A stretch of DNA of 62,082 nucleotides, counting the filler. It is 7 parts of 7 records of this genome, joined end to end, with 100 filler letters (N's around TTAATTAATTAA, not from the genome) between each part and the next. Parts side by side here need not be neighbours in the genome. Positions count along the whole stretch, not along the records: positions 9,950 to 26,367 come from SRR31147125_1897; positions 26,468 to 33,046 come from SRR31147125_1908; 5 more parts are not named here. One strand, written 5' to 3'. This document shows positions 21,517-30,704 of this stretch, piece by piece. Every line of letters starts with the position of its first letter. Position 1 is the first letter of the stretch. The notes below the pieces were generated by a model. It searched no databases and had not been told where the DNA came from. It saw nothing but the letters and a program-made list of their open reading frames with translations. The translations under genes were made by a program, and so were the position numbers.

Positions 21517-22851
21517 ATGAAAAAATCTAAAAGTATCAGGTATCAAAAATCGAACAAACTGTACCAGGAGGCCCTGGAACTGTTTCCTTATGGCACTCAG
21601 TTATTCAGCCGCCGACCTGAACTGGGCGCTTTTGGTCAGGCACCTGTATATTTTGAACATGCAAAACATGCTCATTTTCAGGATGTTGATGGCAATGAAT
21701 TCATAGATACGGCAATGGGAGTTGGTCCTGTCATTCTCGGCTACTGCTATGATCCGGTCGATCAGGCCGTTAAGGCACAAATAGACAAAGGTGCTTTAGG
21801 TTCTATCAACCATCAACTTGAGATTGACGTTGCCCGCACACTTGTTGATATGGTACCATGTGCAGAAATGGTCAAGTTCTGCAAAAGCGGCGGGGAGGCA
21901 GATGCTATGGCTGTCAGAATAGCCAGAGGCTATACAAAGAAAGAAATCGTTGTTTTTTGCGGATATCATGGCTGGCACGACTGGTACCTGGCTGCAAACC
22001 TGGAATCCGAATCTTCACTTGATAAACATTTGTTACCCGGACTGAGCCCTAAAGGTGTTCCGGCCTCTCTGCAAGGGACATGTGTTCCTTTTGAGTATAA
22101 TAATCTGGATCAGCTACATTCAGTATTGAAAAAGAATGCCGGCAACGTTGCGTGTATTATCATGGAAGCAACGCGTTTTAAGCAGCCAAATCCTGGGTTC
22201 CTTGAAGGAGTCAGGCTCCTGGCTGACGAACATGACTGCCTTCTCATTTTTGATGAGGTCATTACCGGATTCCGTATGGCTGCGGGAGGCGCACAGGAAC
22301 ATTTTGGTGTTACTCCGGATCTTGCCACATTTGCAAAGGCTATTGCCAATGGTTATCCCCTGGCAGCTGTTGTCGGGAAAAGCGAGATTATGGAATCCCA
22401 GGCAGATAATTTTATCAGCAGTACTTATTGGAGCGATTGTATTTCTCTGGCTGCAGGACTTGCCACATTAAATGAAATAAAACAAAAGCCGGTTATTGAA
22501 ACAATCAATTCCATTGGTCGTAAGCTCGTCGCTGACTTTACAAAATTATCCCGGAAATATGATCTTGAAATAGTCGTTTCGGGACATGGATTTGATTTTA
22601 CATTGAACTTTAAATATGGTGTGCTTTCAACAAAAACCATGACGCTGTTTATTCAGGAGATGATCGCGCGCGGGATTTACACAAATGGCGTGTTTTATCC
22701 ATGTTTTACACACACATCAGATGATGTAGAAAAAATTCTTGCAGCAGCGGATGAGGTTTTTGCTCTTTTAAAAAACGGTATAGAAAATAATACCATAGAC
22801 AAATTGTTAAAGTGTCCTGAACGACAAACAGGATTTAAAAGATTGACATGA
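21517..22851 (+). CDS. Class III aminotransferase, GSA-aminomutase-like
   Basis: DVDGNEFID, KSGGEA, GYHGWHDW, FDEVITGFR, TFAKAIANG, SSTYWSD. Confidence 0.9.
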   Translation: MKKSKSIRYQKSNKLYQEALELFPYGTQLFSRRPELGAFGQAPVYFEHAKHAHFQDVDGNEFIDTAMGVGPVILGYCYDPVDQAVKAQIDKGALGSINHQLEIDVARTLVDMVPCAEMVKFCKSGGEADAMAVRIARGYTKKEIVVFCGYHGWHDWYLAANLESESSLDKHLLPGLSPKGVPASLQGTCVPFEYNNLDQLHSVLKKNAGNVACIIMEATRFKQPNPGFLEGVRLLADEHDCLLIFDEVITGFRMAAGGAQEHFGVTPDLATFAKAIANGYPLAAVVGKSEIMESQADNFISSTYWSDCISLAAGLATLNEIKQKPVIETINSIGRKLVADFTKLSRKYDLEIVVSGHGFDFTLNFKYGVLSTKTMTLFIQEMIARGIYTNGVFYPCFTHTSDDVEKILAAADEVFALLKNGIENNTIDKLLKCPERQTGFKRLT

Positions 22852-22924
22852 AAATTTAATGAATATTAAATAATACATTTAGAACAGATACACAACACGC
22901 GGTTTTTATAGATGGAATAATATT

Positions 22925-23881
22925 ATGAATCAAAGACGATTAGGCAGAACAGGTATAGATGTATCGGAAATATCCTTTGGTGGTGTTGAAATCGGGATCC
23001 CCTATGGTATTGGTGTTGAAAGCCAGAAAGATATGCCGACAGATGCAGAGTCCTTAAACATTCTTCACGCTGCATTCGATAAAGGCATTAATTTTTTTGA
23101 TACAGCCCGGGCATATGGACGTAGTGAAGAGATTATTGGCAAGGCATTTACATCCAATAGAAATGATGTTGTAATCAGCACAAAATGTTCACATTTGCCT
23201 ACTGATCCACAAGCGTTATCAGATACAAATTTTGTAAAAAAAACAATCACTTCATCACTTTCACAAAGCCTGGCAGCACTAAAAACCGATTATATTGATG
23301 TTTATATGCTGCACAATGCTCATTCTCATATTCTACAAAACGATACTGTTTTAAATACATTCTCAACATTAAAAAGAGATGGGGCCATTCGTGCCAGTGG
23401 TGTCTCAACCTATACGGTAGAAGAAACGCAAACTGCTATCAAACAAGGCACTTGGGATGTTATTCAGTTATCTTTTAATCTTATGGATCAACGTCAGGGA
23501 GCTTTATTTGATATGGCTTTTGATGCTGGTGTTGGTATTGTTGTTCGTTCCGTTCTCCTGAAAGGCATACTGAGTGACAAGGGACGGAATCTGCATCCAG
23601 CGTTGAAAAGTGTCCAAAACCATCGGGATCGCTACCAGGATCTCCTGAATGAAACTATTCCAACGCTATCAAAGCTGGCCACCAAATTCGCGCTGTCATT
23701 TTCACAAATAAACTCCGTACTCGTCGGTATCGATCGTATGGAATATCTGCAGCAAGCCGTTGCCACAGCTGACGGCTGCTACCTGGACAAGACAGCACTA
23801 AACCGGGCAAAAGAACTGGCTTTTCCGGACCCGGAATTCCTTGATTTGCCTAAATGGGATCGGGAAGGGTGGCTGAAATAA
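22925..23881 (+). CDS. Aldo/keto reductase
   Basis: RRLGRTG..VSEI, GINFFDTARAYGRSEE, STK, DYIDVYMLH. Confidence 0.93.
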   Translation: MNQRRLGRTGIDVSEISFGGVEIGIPYGIGVESQKDMPTDAESLNILHAAFDKGINFFDTARAYGRSEEIIGKAFTSNRNDVVISTKCSHLPTDPQALSDTNFVKKTITSSLSQSLAALKTDYIDVYMLHNAHSHILQNDTVLNTFSTLKRDGAIRASGVSTYTVEETQTAIKQGTWDVIQLSFNLMDQRQGALFDMAFDAGVGIVVRSVLLKGILSDKGRNLHPALKSVQNHRDRYQDLLNETIPTLSKLATKFALSFSQINSVLVGIDRMEYLQQAVATADGCYLDKTALNRAKELAFPDPEFLDLPKWDREGWLK

Positions 23882-23978
23882 TTGTGCCGATGGCGGATTT
23901 GCTGAATGTTGGACTATTTTTTTCTTTATCCAGTGGTACAATAAATAACCATAAAAAACGCGATATTTCATAAACAAG

Positions 23979-24914
23979 GTGATAAATATGCTAAAACTCG
24001 GTATAATGGGTATGAGTCCCGGAAATGGACATCCCTACTCGTGGTCAGCGATTATAAATGGTGACTATGACAAAAAAGCAATGGATAACTGCGGTTATGC
24101 AGGGATTCCGGTTTACCTGGCTGCTAATCGAGATACATTAGGGATAGATGGCGCACAGGTAACGCATATCTGGACTCAAGAAAAACATATTTCAGAGCAT
24201 ATCGCCGAATCAAGTTTCATTGAATACATTGTCAGCAATCCGGAAGATATGATAGAGAAGGTGGATGCCGTTTTATTAGCACGCGACGATCCTGAAAATC
24301 ATGTTGCCATGGCAAAGCCGTTTCTCGATGCCGGCGTACCGATTTTTATCGATAAACCGTTGGCTATCACATTGGCTGACCTGGCTTATTTTGAAGAACA
24401 ACATGCGGCTGGAAAATTTCTCATGTCCTGCTCATCCATGCGCTACGCCACGGAGAGTCGTTCCGTGAAAACCGAAATGGCAACGCTGGGTAAAATAGAG
24501 TTAGCAACGGCTGTTGGCAAAAAGGATTGGCTCAAATACGGCGTTCACATGCTGGAGGGATTGTTCGCGCTTTTGGATGATCCCAAAGCAGTTTCTGCAA
24601 GACATGTTAGTGAGTCACATAAAGATGTTGTACTGGTAGAGTTTGAAAACGGACTGGTAGCAACGATTCACCTGTTTTACGATATTACTCCCACATTCCA
24701 GATCTCTATTTTCGGGCAAACAGGCTGGAGATTGATCAAGTATAAAAACTGGTACGCCATGTTCCGGGATAATCTTGTAGAGTTTATCCGTTCTGTGCGG
24801 CTGGGTAAGCCCCGGCTGACTTTTGATAAAACAAAAAATATCATTCAAACGCTTATTGGCGCGCAGGAAAGTCTGGAAAAAGGTGGTAAAACTATCCTGT
24901 TGGAACGTGAATGA
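23979..24914 (+). CDS. Gfo/Idh/MocA-like oxidoreductase
   Basis: LGIMGMSPGNGHPYSWS, VDAVLLARDD..NH, IFIDKPLA, YGVH. Confidence 0.8.
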   Translation: MINMLKLGIMGMSPGNGHPYSWSAIINGDYDKKAMDNCGYAGIPVYLAANRDTLGIDGAQVTHIWTQEKHISEHIAESSFIEYIVSNPEDMIEKVDAVLLARDDPENHVAMAKPFLDAGVPIFIDKPLAITLADLAYFEEQHAAGKFLMSCSSMRYATESRSVKTEMATLGKIELATAVGKKDWLKYGVHMLEGLFALLDDPKAVSARHVSESHKDVVLVEFENGLVATIHLFYDITPTFQISIFGQTGWRLIKYKNWYAMFRDNLVEFIRSVRLGKPRLTFDKTKNIIQTLIGAQESLEKGGKTILLERE

Positions 24915-25066
24915 TTAAGAATCATTCATGTCAGGATTATGATACGTAAAAATAAAGAAAAATATCGAAAACAAATCAGCCCAAATTGAGTCGTTGTTAT
25001 ATAGAACCTGATTGTTAAAATGGTTAGCACCTTATATCGTGGATTTAAGATAATTGGCAGTAAAAG

Positions 25067-26185
25067 ATGCAAAAAATGATCCCAAAAGACCGTGTGAAAG
25101 CCGTATATGAAGGCAAGACTCCAGATCAGGTTCCTTTGATGCTGGATTTGTCTCATTGGTACAAGAAAAACTATGATGTGTTTTTTGATTTAACCGGATT
25201 CAGGCAGGTCGAGCAGAAACTTGTCGATCTCCATAAAAAATGTGGTGCGGTGCTGTATATTGAAACGGGTAGTCCTTTTGATATATTCTTTGAGGAAGAT
25301 ACGGTTCAATCCTGCACCTGGACCGATGAAAAGGGAGTGTTTCATACCCAAATTAGCACCCCGTTGGGTACGATTTCCGAGGAACGGGTCTTTAACAGTA
25401 TATCCTACTCTTACCATATTCAAAAATGGCTAGTACAGGGCATCAAAGACCTGGCGGTTTTAGAGTACGCATTGACAAGGCGAAAAGTCTTGCCACGATT
25501 TGATCGTTATCAGTCGTGGGCAGATGCTGCCGGTGATCTTGGATTTATTTACACATTCTTGTCTTATTCCGGACTCGGTTTTCTCATCTCCCGCTATATG
25601 GGAGTGGAAAATACAATCCTGGCAATGTATAATTATCCGGATGAATTTCAACGATTTGTCAACTCTGTCAATGAAAACAATTTGCGACTTTTGGATGACA
25701 TTATTTCCGGGCCTTTTGATGTCCTGATTGTGGGAGATAATCATGATTCGATGGTGCAAAGTCCGGATATTTTTAAAAAATTCACCTTTGATTACTATCA
25801 GGAATTGGCCCGTCGTTTACATGCACATGGAAAATACCTGGCGGTTCATGTGGACGGCGAAATGAAGGGTCTGTTAGGATTGATGGCTGAATGTGGTGTG
25901 GATTGTATCGATGCGGCAACGCCTGCGCCCATGTTCTCCCTGACACCTGAACAGGCGCGGCAGGAAGCCGGAAAAGATATGATTCTTTCCGGCGGTATTC
26001 CGGCCACGATATTTGGTAGTACTGGTACTGACAGAGACTTTGAGGAAACCGTGAAACGCTGGCTCGACATTCGAATGTTTTCAGCGCGGCTTATCCTGGC
26101 TGCCGGAGATCAGGTGCCAACTGATGCCCCCTGGCACAGGATTGAGATGCTCGCTGAGCTTGTCGGGCAATACGGACGATATTAA
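25067..26185 (+). CDS. UroD/MtaA-CmuA superfamily protein
   Basis: RYMGVEN, VGDN, HVDG, DCIDAATPAP, LSGGIP, ILAAGDQVP. Confidence 0.8.
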   Translation: MQKMIPKDRVKAVYEGKTPDQVPLMLDLSHWYKKNYDVFFDLTGFRQVEQKLVDLHKKCGAVLYIETGSPFDIFFEEDTVQSCTWTDEKGVFHTQISTPLGTISEERVFNSISYSYHIQKWLVQGIKDLAVLEYALTRRKVLPRFDRYQSWADAAGDLGFIYTFLSYSGLGFLISRYMGVENTILAMYNYPDEFQRFVNSVNENNLRLLDDIISGPFDVLIVGDNHDSMVQSPDIFKKFTFDYYQELARRLHAHGKYLAVHVDGEMKGLLGLMAECGVDCIDAATPAPMFSLTPEQARQEAGKDMILSGGIPATIFGSTGTDRDFEETVKRWLDIRMFSARLILAAGDQVPTDAPWHRIEMLAELVGQYGRY

Positions 26186-26367
26186 TTTTTTATATTACAA
26201 ATGTCCTTTCTGTTCACTGCCAGGAAAAATGTCAATCGCATGTAACCTGATATTTCCGGTGTATGACATTTTTGATATGGATTCTGTGGTTTATAAATGT
26301 TTTCATATCAAGTGATCGACTAATTTATTAATACGTTATTCATCATATCCTGCGAATTTGTAAAGTT

Positions 26368-26467
26368 NNNNNNNNNNNNNNNNNNNNNNNNNNNNNNNNN
26401 NNNNNNNNNNNTTAATTAATTAANNNNNNNNNNNNNNNNNNNNNNNNNNNNNNNNNNNNNNNNNNNN
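26368..26467. other. Artificial contig linker
   Basis: N44-TTAATTAATTAA-N44. Confidence 0.99.
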
Positions 26468-28258
26468 AAAAAAAGCTTTGTGTTAATTATATTGTCTATT
26501 GTTATTATATTCTTAGTTTCTGGATGTGAAGCAAAAGATAAAGAGGAATATTTTGAAGATAAAGAGATAGCTAAAGGTGGAGTTGAAGATAAAGAGATGG
26601 GAATGAATATCAAGGATATTGATATTGGTTTTTATCAAGATCAGACGGAAATTGAACTTCATATTATTTATGGCAGTAGAGAAGAGGTTCAATCGGAAGC
26701 TGTTATTACAAAGCTTCCTAAATACGAAGTTTTTTTATTGGATGAACCCTATAGGCTTGCTATACGTGTTTATGGAATTGAATATGTTGATTATATAGAA
26801 AAACAATCATGGGTGCTTGGCGAGCATGTAGTTGGAGTTTTTAGAGAGCGTATTTCTGATAAAGATTATACTACAGTTTATTTTCAATTAGATGAGGATG
26901 TTAAGTTTAAGGTTTTGGAAGGCGAGGGGAAGATTAGGGTACTGCTTACTAGCAAAAACGAATCTAAACCTAAGAGCCATTTTGTTATGCTTAATGCTTT
27001 TGATGAGTATTTAGAAGGGCTTGTTGATGAAAGCTATGGTTTGACGCCAGTTATGTGTACGGATAAAACGAATATATCTTTGATATCAAAGCCGTTTTCT
27101 AGTTCGGAAAAAGCAGAAGACTTTTTAAAAGAGATTGAAGGCAAGATAAAAAATTCTCCGCTTACAAAAAAACCGTATACTATGACATTAGCTGGAGATA
27201 TATTACCAGTTTACAATTCGGAGATCGATATCTCTTTACCTGAAAATAAGAAGATGGTTGTGGAGGATTCTATTGCAACTACTTTGCCTGTAATATTTGA
27301 AAGTGGTCGTTTTTTGGCAGAATCTGATGATAAGATTATCTTTGCTAAATCACATGTAGAAGAAGAAAATGATTCTAGCTTTTTTGGCGAAAAACTATGG
27401 ATGCTTTATAACGGAGATAAAAAAGAGCCTTTTAATCTTCCTACATTTAGTTATATAAAGGATGCATCTTTTTCTAAAGATGGGAAGTATTTAGCCTTTA
27501 TAGATTATAACATGGATACAAAGGTTTTGTATGTATATGACTTTGAAAAGGATATGCTTTATAATCTTGGGGAAGAAGGATTTGGTATATTTACGTACAG
27601 CTTTACATGGGCATCTGATGAAAACAGCATATATGCTTTAACTGGTAATGATAATATACAAATATCTAAATGCAGCTTTTTAGAAACAGGTATTGAGATG
27701 CAAGCTATTATCGAAGAAGATGAGGGCGAAGGTAAGCTTTGTGATTATGGTGATAAGCTTATTTATGCAGATAACTTTGCTGGTGAGTTTGGTATTATTT
27801 ATTCTATAGATAAAGTAACAGGAGAAAAAGTAATGCTTACAGAGGGTGTAGACTTTAAGATTTCACCTAATCAAGCAAACATGGCGGTTATTCAGCAAAA
27901 GGATTTAAGCGAAGAGAGTTCGGTAGTTGATCTTAAAATATATTCTATGCTTGATAAATCGGAAACCATTGTCGCAAGCGATACAGTTATTGAGAGCTAT
28001 GATTTTCTTCCAAGCTCCAATACACTTTTGTATTCAGACGGTTCTGTAAGTGACTTTACATATAGGTTTAATTATGGATTGCAACATTATAATATAGGAA
28101 CAAAAGAGATGAAATCAATATCATATATGGGCAGTGGTGAATTTTATCTTTCGAAAAATCAAGCAACATTATATCTTTTAGATCATGTGCTTGGGTTTGA
28201 TGGTAAATTTACTTTTACAACTTATGAATATGATATAGATAAACTCTTAAACAACTAA
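26468..28258 (+). CDS. Acidic lipoprotein with probable C-terminal beta-propeller (start codon cut by contig edge)
   Basis: Lipobox LVSGC; repeats FSKDGKYLAF, FTWASDENSIY, ISPNQANMAV, FLPSSNTLLY. Confidence 0.7.
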   Translation, partial: KKSFVLIILSIVIIFLVSGCEAKDKEEYFEDKEIAKGGVEDKEMGMNIKDIDIGFYQDQTEIELHIIYGSREEVQSEAVITKLPKYEVFLLDEPYRLAIRVYGIEYVDYIEKQSWVLGEHVVGVFRERISDKDYTTVYFQLDEDVKFKVLEGEGKIRVLLTSKNESKPKSHFVMLNAFDEYLEGLVDESYGLTPVMCTDKTNISLISKPFSSSEKAEDFLKEIEGKIKNSPLTKKPYTMTLAGDILPVYNSEIDISLPENKKMVVEDSIATTLPVIFESGRFLAESDDKIIFAKSHVEEENDSSFFGEKLWMLYNGDKKEPFNLPTFSYIKDASFSKDGKYLAFIDYNMDTKVLYVYDFEKDMLYNLGEEGFGIFTYSFTWASDENSIYALTGNDNIQISKCSFLETGIEMQAIIEEDEGEGKLCDYGDKLIYADNFAGEFGIIYSIDKVTGEKVMLTEGVDFKISPNQANMAVIQQKDLSEESSVVDLKIYSMLDKSETIVASDTVIESYDFLPSSNTLLYSDGSVSDFTYRFNYGLQHYNIGTKEMKSISYMGSGEFYLSKNQATLYLLDHVLGFDGKFTFTTYEYDIDKLLNN

Positions 28259-28306
28259 AAAAATAGTATTTAGTTAAAATAAAATTACGTGGAGGTTTTG
28301 AAAAAT

Positions 28307-29422
28307 ATGGGTTTGAAAAATTTAATAAAAGGCGAATTTATTGATGTTATTGAATGGACAAGTAATGATACTGAGACGATAGTTTTTAAATATCCTGATG
28401 AGGATAAAGCTATTAAAAATGGAGCTCAGCTTACAGTTAGAGAATCTCAAGTGGCAGTGCTTGTAAACGAGGGTGTTATTGCTGACGTTTTTGAGCCAGG
28501 CAGACACGAGCTTGTTACAGCTAATATGCCTATACTTACAAAACTAAAATCATGGAAATATGGTTTTAACTCTCCTTTTAAAGTGGATGTGTTTTTTGTG
28601 AATACTAAGCAATTTATAAACGAAAAATGGGGCACACCACATCCTGTGCCGATTCGTGATAAGGAATTTGGGTTAGTTAGGATTCGTGCTTTTGGTATAT
28701 ATTCTTTTAAAGTCGATAAGGCTGATGTGTTTTTAAAAGAAATCTTTGGAACATGCGATAGTTACCATAAAGATGATATCACAGGTCAGCTTAAAAATTC
28801 TATGGTAGGAAGCTTTGCTGATATGGTTGCGGAATCTGGTGTTCCTCTTTTAGATATGGCTACTCAATATGATGAGATAAGTGAGGCTGGTAAAAATAAA
28901 TTTAGTGGTATGTTCTCTCAGTTTGGGCTTAAGCTTACAAATTTCTTTATTCAAAACGTTTCTGTTCCAGAAAGCGTAGAAAAGATGATGGATGCAAAAA
29001 CCGAGATGAATGTTATTGGCAATATGGGTCAGTTTGCTCAATATCAAACTGCTCAAGCTATTAAAGACGCGGCTAATAACCCAAGTGGTGGTGTTGCAGG
29101 TGCTGGAGTTGGATTAGGTGCTGGGGCTGCTATGGGTAACATGATGATGGGTTCTTTTAATCAGCAAGGCGGACAAAAAACAATGGTTAAATGCCCTAAG
29201 TGTGGAAGCAGCGTTGAAGAGGGCAAAAAGTTTTGTCCTGAGTGCGGTTCTAAGATGCAGGTAGCTAAGGTTAGCTGTTATAAATGCGGTGCTTCTATGA
29301 GTGAAGGCGCAAAGTTTTGCCCAGAATGCGGTGCGAAACAAGGTAAAGCAACTTGTGACAAATGTGGCGCTGAAGTGAAGTCGGGAGCAAAATTCTGTCC
29401 TGAATGCGGCGACTCTATGTAG
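28307..29422 (+). CDS. SPFH-domain protein with zinc ribbons (YdjI-like)
   Basis: GAQLTVRESQVAV, SPFKVDVFFVNT, KWGTPHP, three CxxC...KFCPECG repeats; GGAGG RBS before ATG 28307. Confidence 0.88.
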   Translation: MGLKNLIKGEFIDVIEWTSNDTETIVFKYPDEDKAIKNGAQLTVRESQVAVLVNEGVIADVFEPGRHELVTANMPILTKLKSWKYGFNSPFKVDVFFVNTKQFINEKWGTPHPVPIRDKEFGLVRIRAFGIYSFKVDKADVFLKEIFGTCDSYHKDDITGQLKNSMVGSFADMVAESGVPLLDMATQYDEISEAGKNKFSGMFSQFGLKLTNFFIQNVSVPESVEKMMDAKTEMNVIGNMGQFAQYQTAQAIKDAANNPSGGVAGAGVGLGAGAAMGNMMMGSFNQQGGQKTMVKCPKCGSSVEEGKKFCPECGSKMQVAKVSCYKCGASMSEGAKFCPECGAKQGKATCDKCGAEVKSGAKFCPECGDSM

Positions 29423-29446
29423 CCCTTTTTGGAGGTTTTTAATAAT

Positions 29447-30574
29447 ATGGCAGATGCAAATAATACTGACAAAAAAGAGATAAAGTCAAATATATTCACA
29501 TGTGCTTCGTGCGGTGGGTCTTGTATTTTTGACCCCGAAAGCCAAGGCTTAAAATGCGAATATTGTGAAAGTGTGTTTGAGATAGAAAAAAGCGAATCTT
29601 TTGAGGCTCATGAGCTTGATATATTAGAGCTTAAAGAGGAAGACGTATCTAATGATTGGGGTAATGATACCATTGTTTTTTCATGTAAAAACTGTGGCGG
29701 TGAAACGGTTGTTGATGGAGATAACTTATCTAAAAGATGTGTTTTTTGTTCTAGTCCACAAATGGTCAAAACTGAAAAATTGCCAGGAATTAAGCCTCAA
29801 AGTGTTGTTCCTTTTATTATTTCGGCTGATAAGGCTAAGGATTTTTTTGCTGTGTGGATATCTAAAAGATTTTGGGCACCAAGAAAGCTGAAATCTAAAT
29901 ACAACATTAAAGATAAATTAAATGGTGTTTATGTGCCGTATTGGACATATGATGCTGATACGTATTCTAGTTATAACGGTACAGCAGGTAAGCATTATTA
30001 TATAACCGAAAACTATACGGCTATGGTGGATGGAAAACCGCAGATTAGGACGAGGCAGGTTCAAAGGACAAGATGGTTTCCTGTTTCGGGCAATGTTTCT
30101 AAGTTTTATGACGATATATTAGAAAACGATGGATCACACATGGATGAGGATATTATGCAAAATATTCAGCCGTTTGATTTAACAAGCTTACGTGGATATA
30201 ACCCAAAGTATCTTGTAGGTTTTGTATGCGAAAAATACAAACAGGGCGTACTTAAGCTTTGGAAAGCGGCTAAAAGATATATTGATGGTGATGTTAGAAG
30301 CAGGGTGCATCAACAAATTTTGCAAAGGGCTGATGTTGTTGGCAATATAAATATTGACACGGATTATAAAAACGTTACATATAAGCATATGCTTTTGCCG
30401 GTATGGCTATCTTCCTATAAATTTGGAGGTAAGATATTTAACTTTTGTATAAATGGTCAAACAGGAAAAGTTCAAGGTAAAGTTCCTGTTAGTGTATTTA
30501 AAGTTATGGTTGCTGTTGTTTTAGCAGCAGCACTTATTTACTTTTTAGCACAATGGGTAATGACAACGCAATAG
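29447..30574 (+). CDS. Zinc-ribbon membrane protein (YdjG-like)
   Basis: CASCGG/CEYC and CKNCGG/CVFC pairs, VYVPYW, LLPVW, INGQTGKV.G.VP, C-terminal TM. Confidence 0.85.
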   Translation: MADANNTDKKEIKSNIFTCASCGGSCIFDPESQGLKCEYCESVFEIEKSESFEAHELDILELKEEDVSNDWGNDTIVFSCKNCGGETVVDGDNLSKRCVFCSSPQMVKTEKLPGIKPQSVVPFIISADKAKDFFAVWISKRFWAPRKLKSKYNIKDKLNGVYVPYWTYDADTYSSYNGTAGKHYYITENYTAMVDGKPQIRTRQVQRTRWFPVSGNVSKFYDDILENDGSHMDEDIMQNIQPFDLTSLRGYNPKYLVGFVCEKYKQGVLKLWKAAKRYIDGDVRSRVHQQILQRADVVGNINIDTDYKNVTYKHMLLPVWLSSYKFGGKIFNFCINGQTGKVQGKVPVSVFKVMVAVVLAAALIYFLAQWVMTTQ

Positions 30575-30614
30575 CTTTTTAGTTTTAGTACTTTACAATT
30601 TATTTAGTTTAAAT

Positions 30615-30646
30615 AATCGAATATATTTGTTATAATATATTCGATT
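30615..30646 (+). promoter_or_regulatory. Extended -10 promoter inside a perfect 13-bp inverted repeat
   Basis: AATCGAATATATT-TGTTAT-AATATATTCGATT, containing TGTTATAAT (30628-30636). Confidence 0.55.
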
Positions 30647-30704
30647 TGCTTTAATAGTATATATATTGGCGGATAAAGCTAAAATTTGACCTTAAAAAGT
30701 AAAG

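Noticed and set aside
21517-26185. hemL and hemE as a heme biosynthesis locus
   Set aside because: Both proteins diverge from HemL/HemE (SSTYWSD rather than GT.SGNP) and no other hem genes are present.
29180-29415. Near-identical ~21-nt repeats as a possible CRISPR array
   Set aside because: In-frame copies encoding KFCPECG zinc ribbons with synonymous variation; no cas genes.
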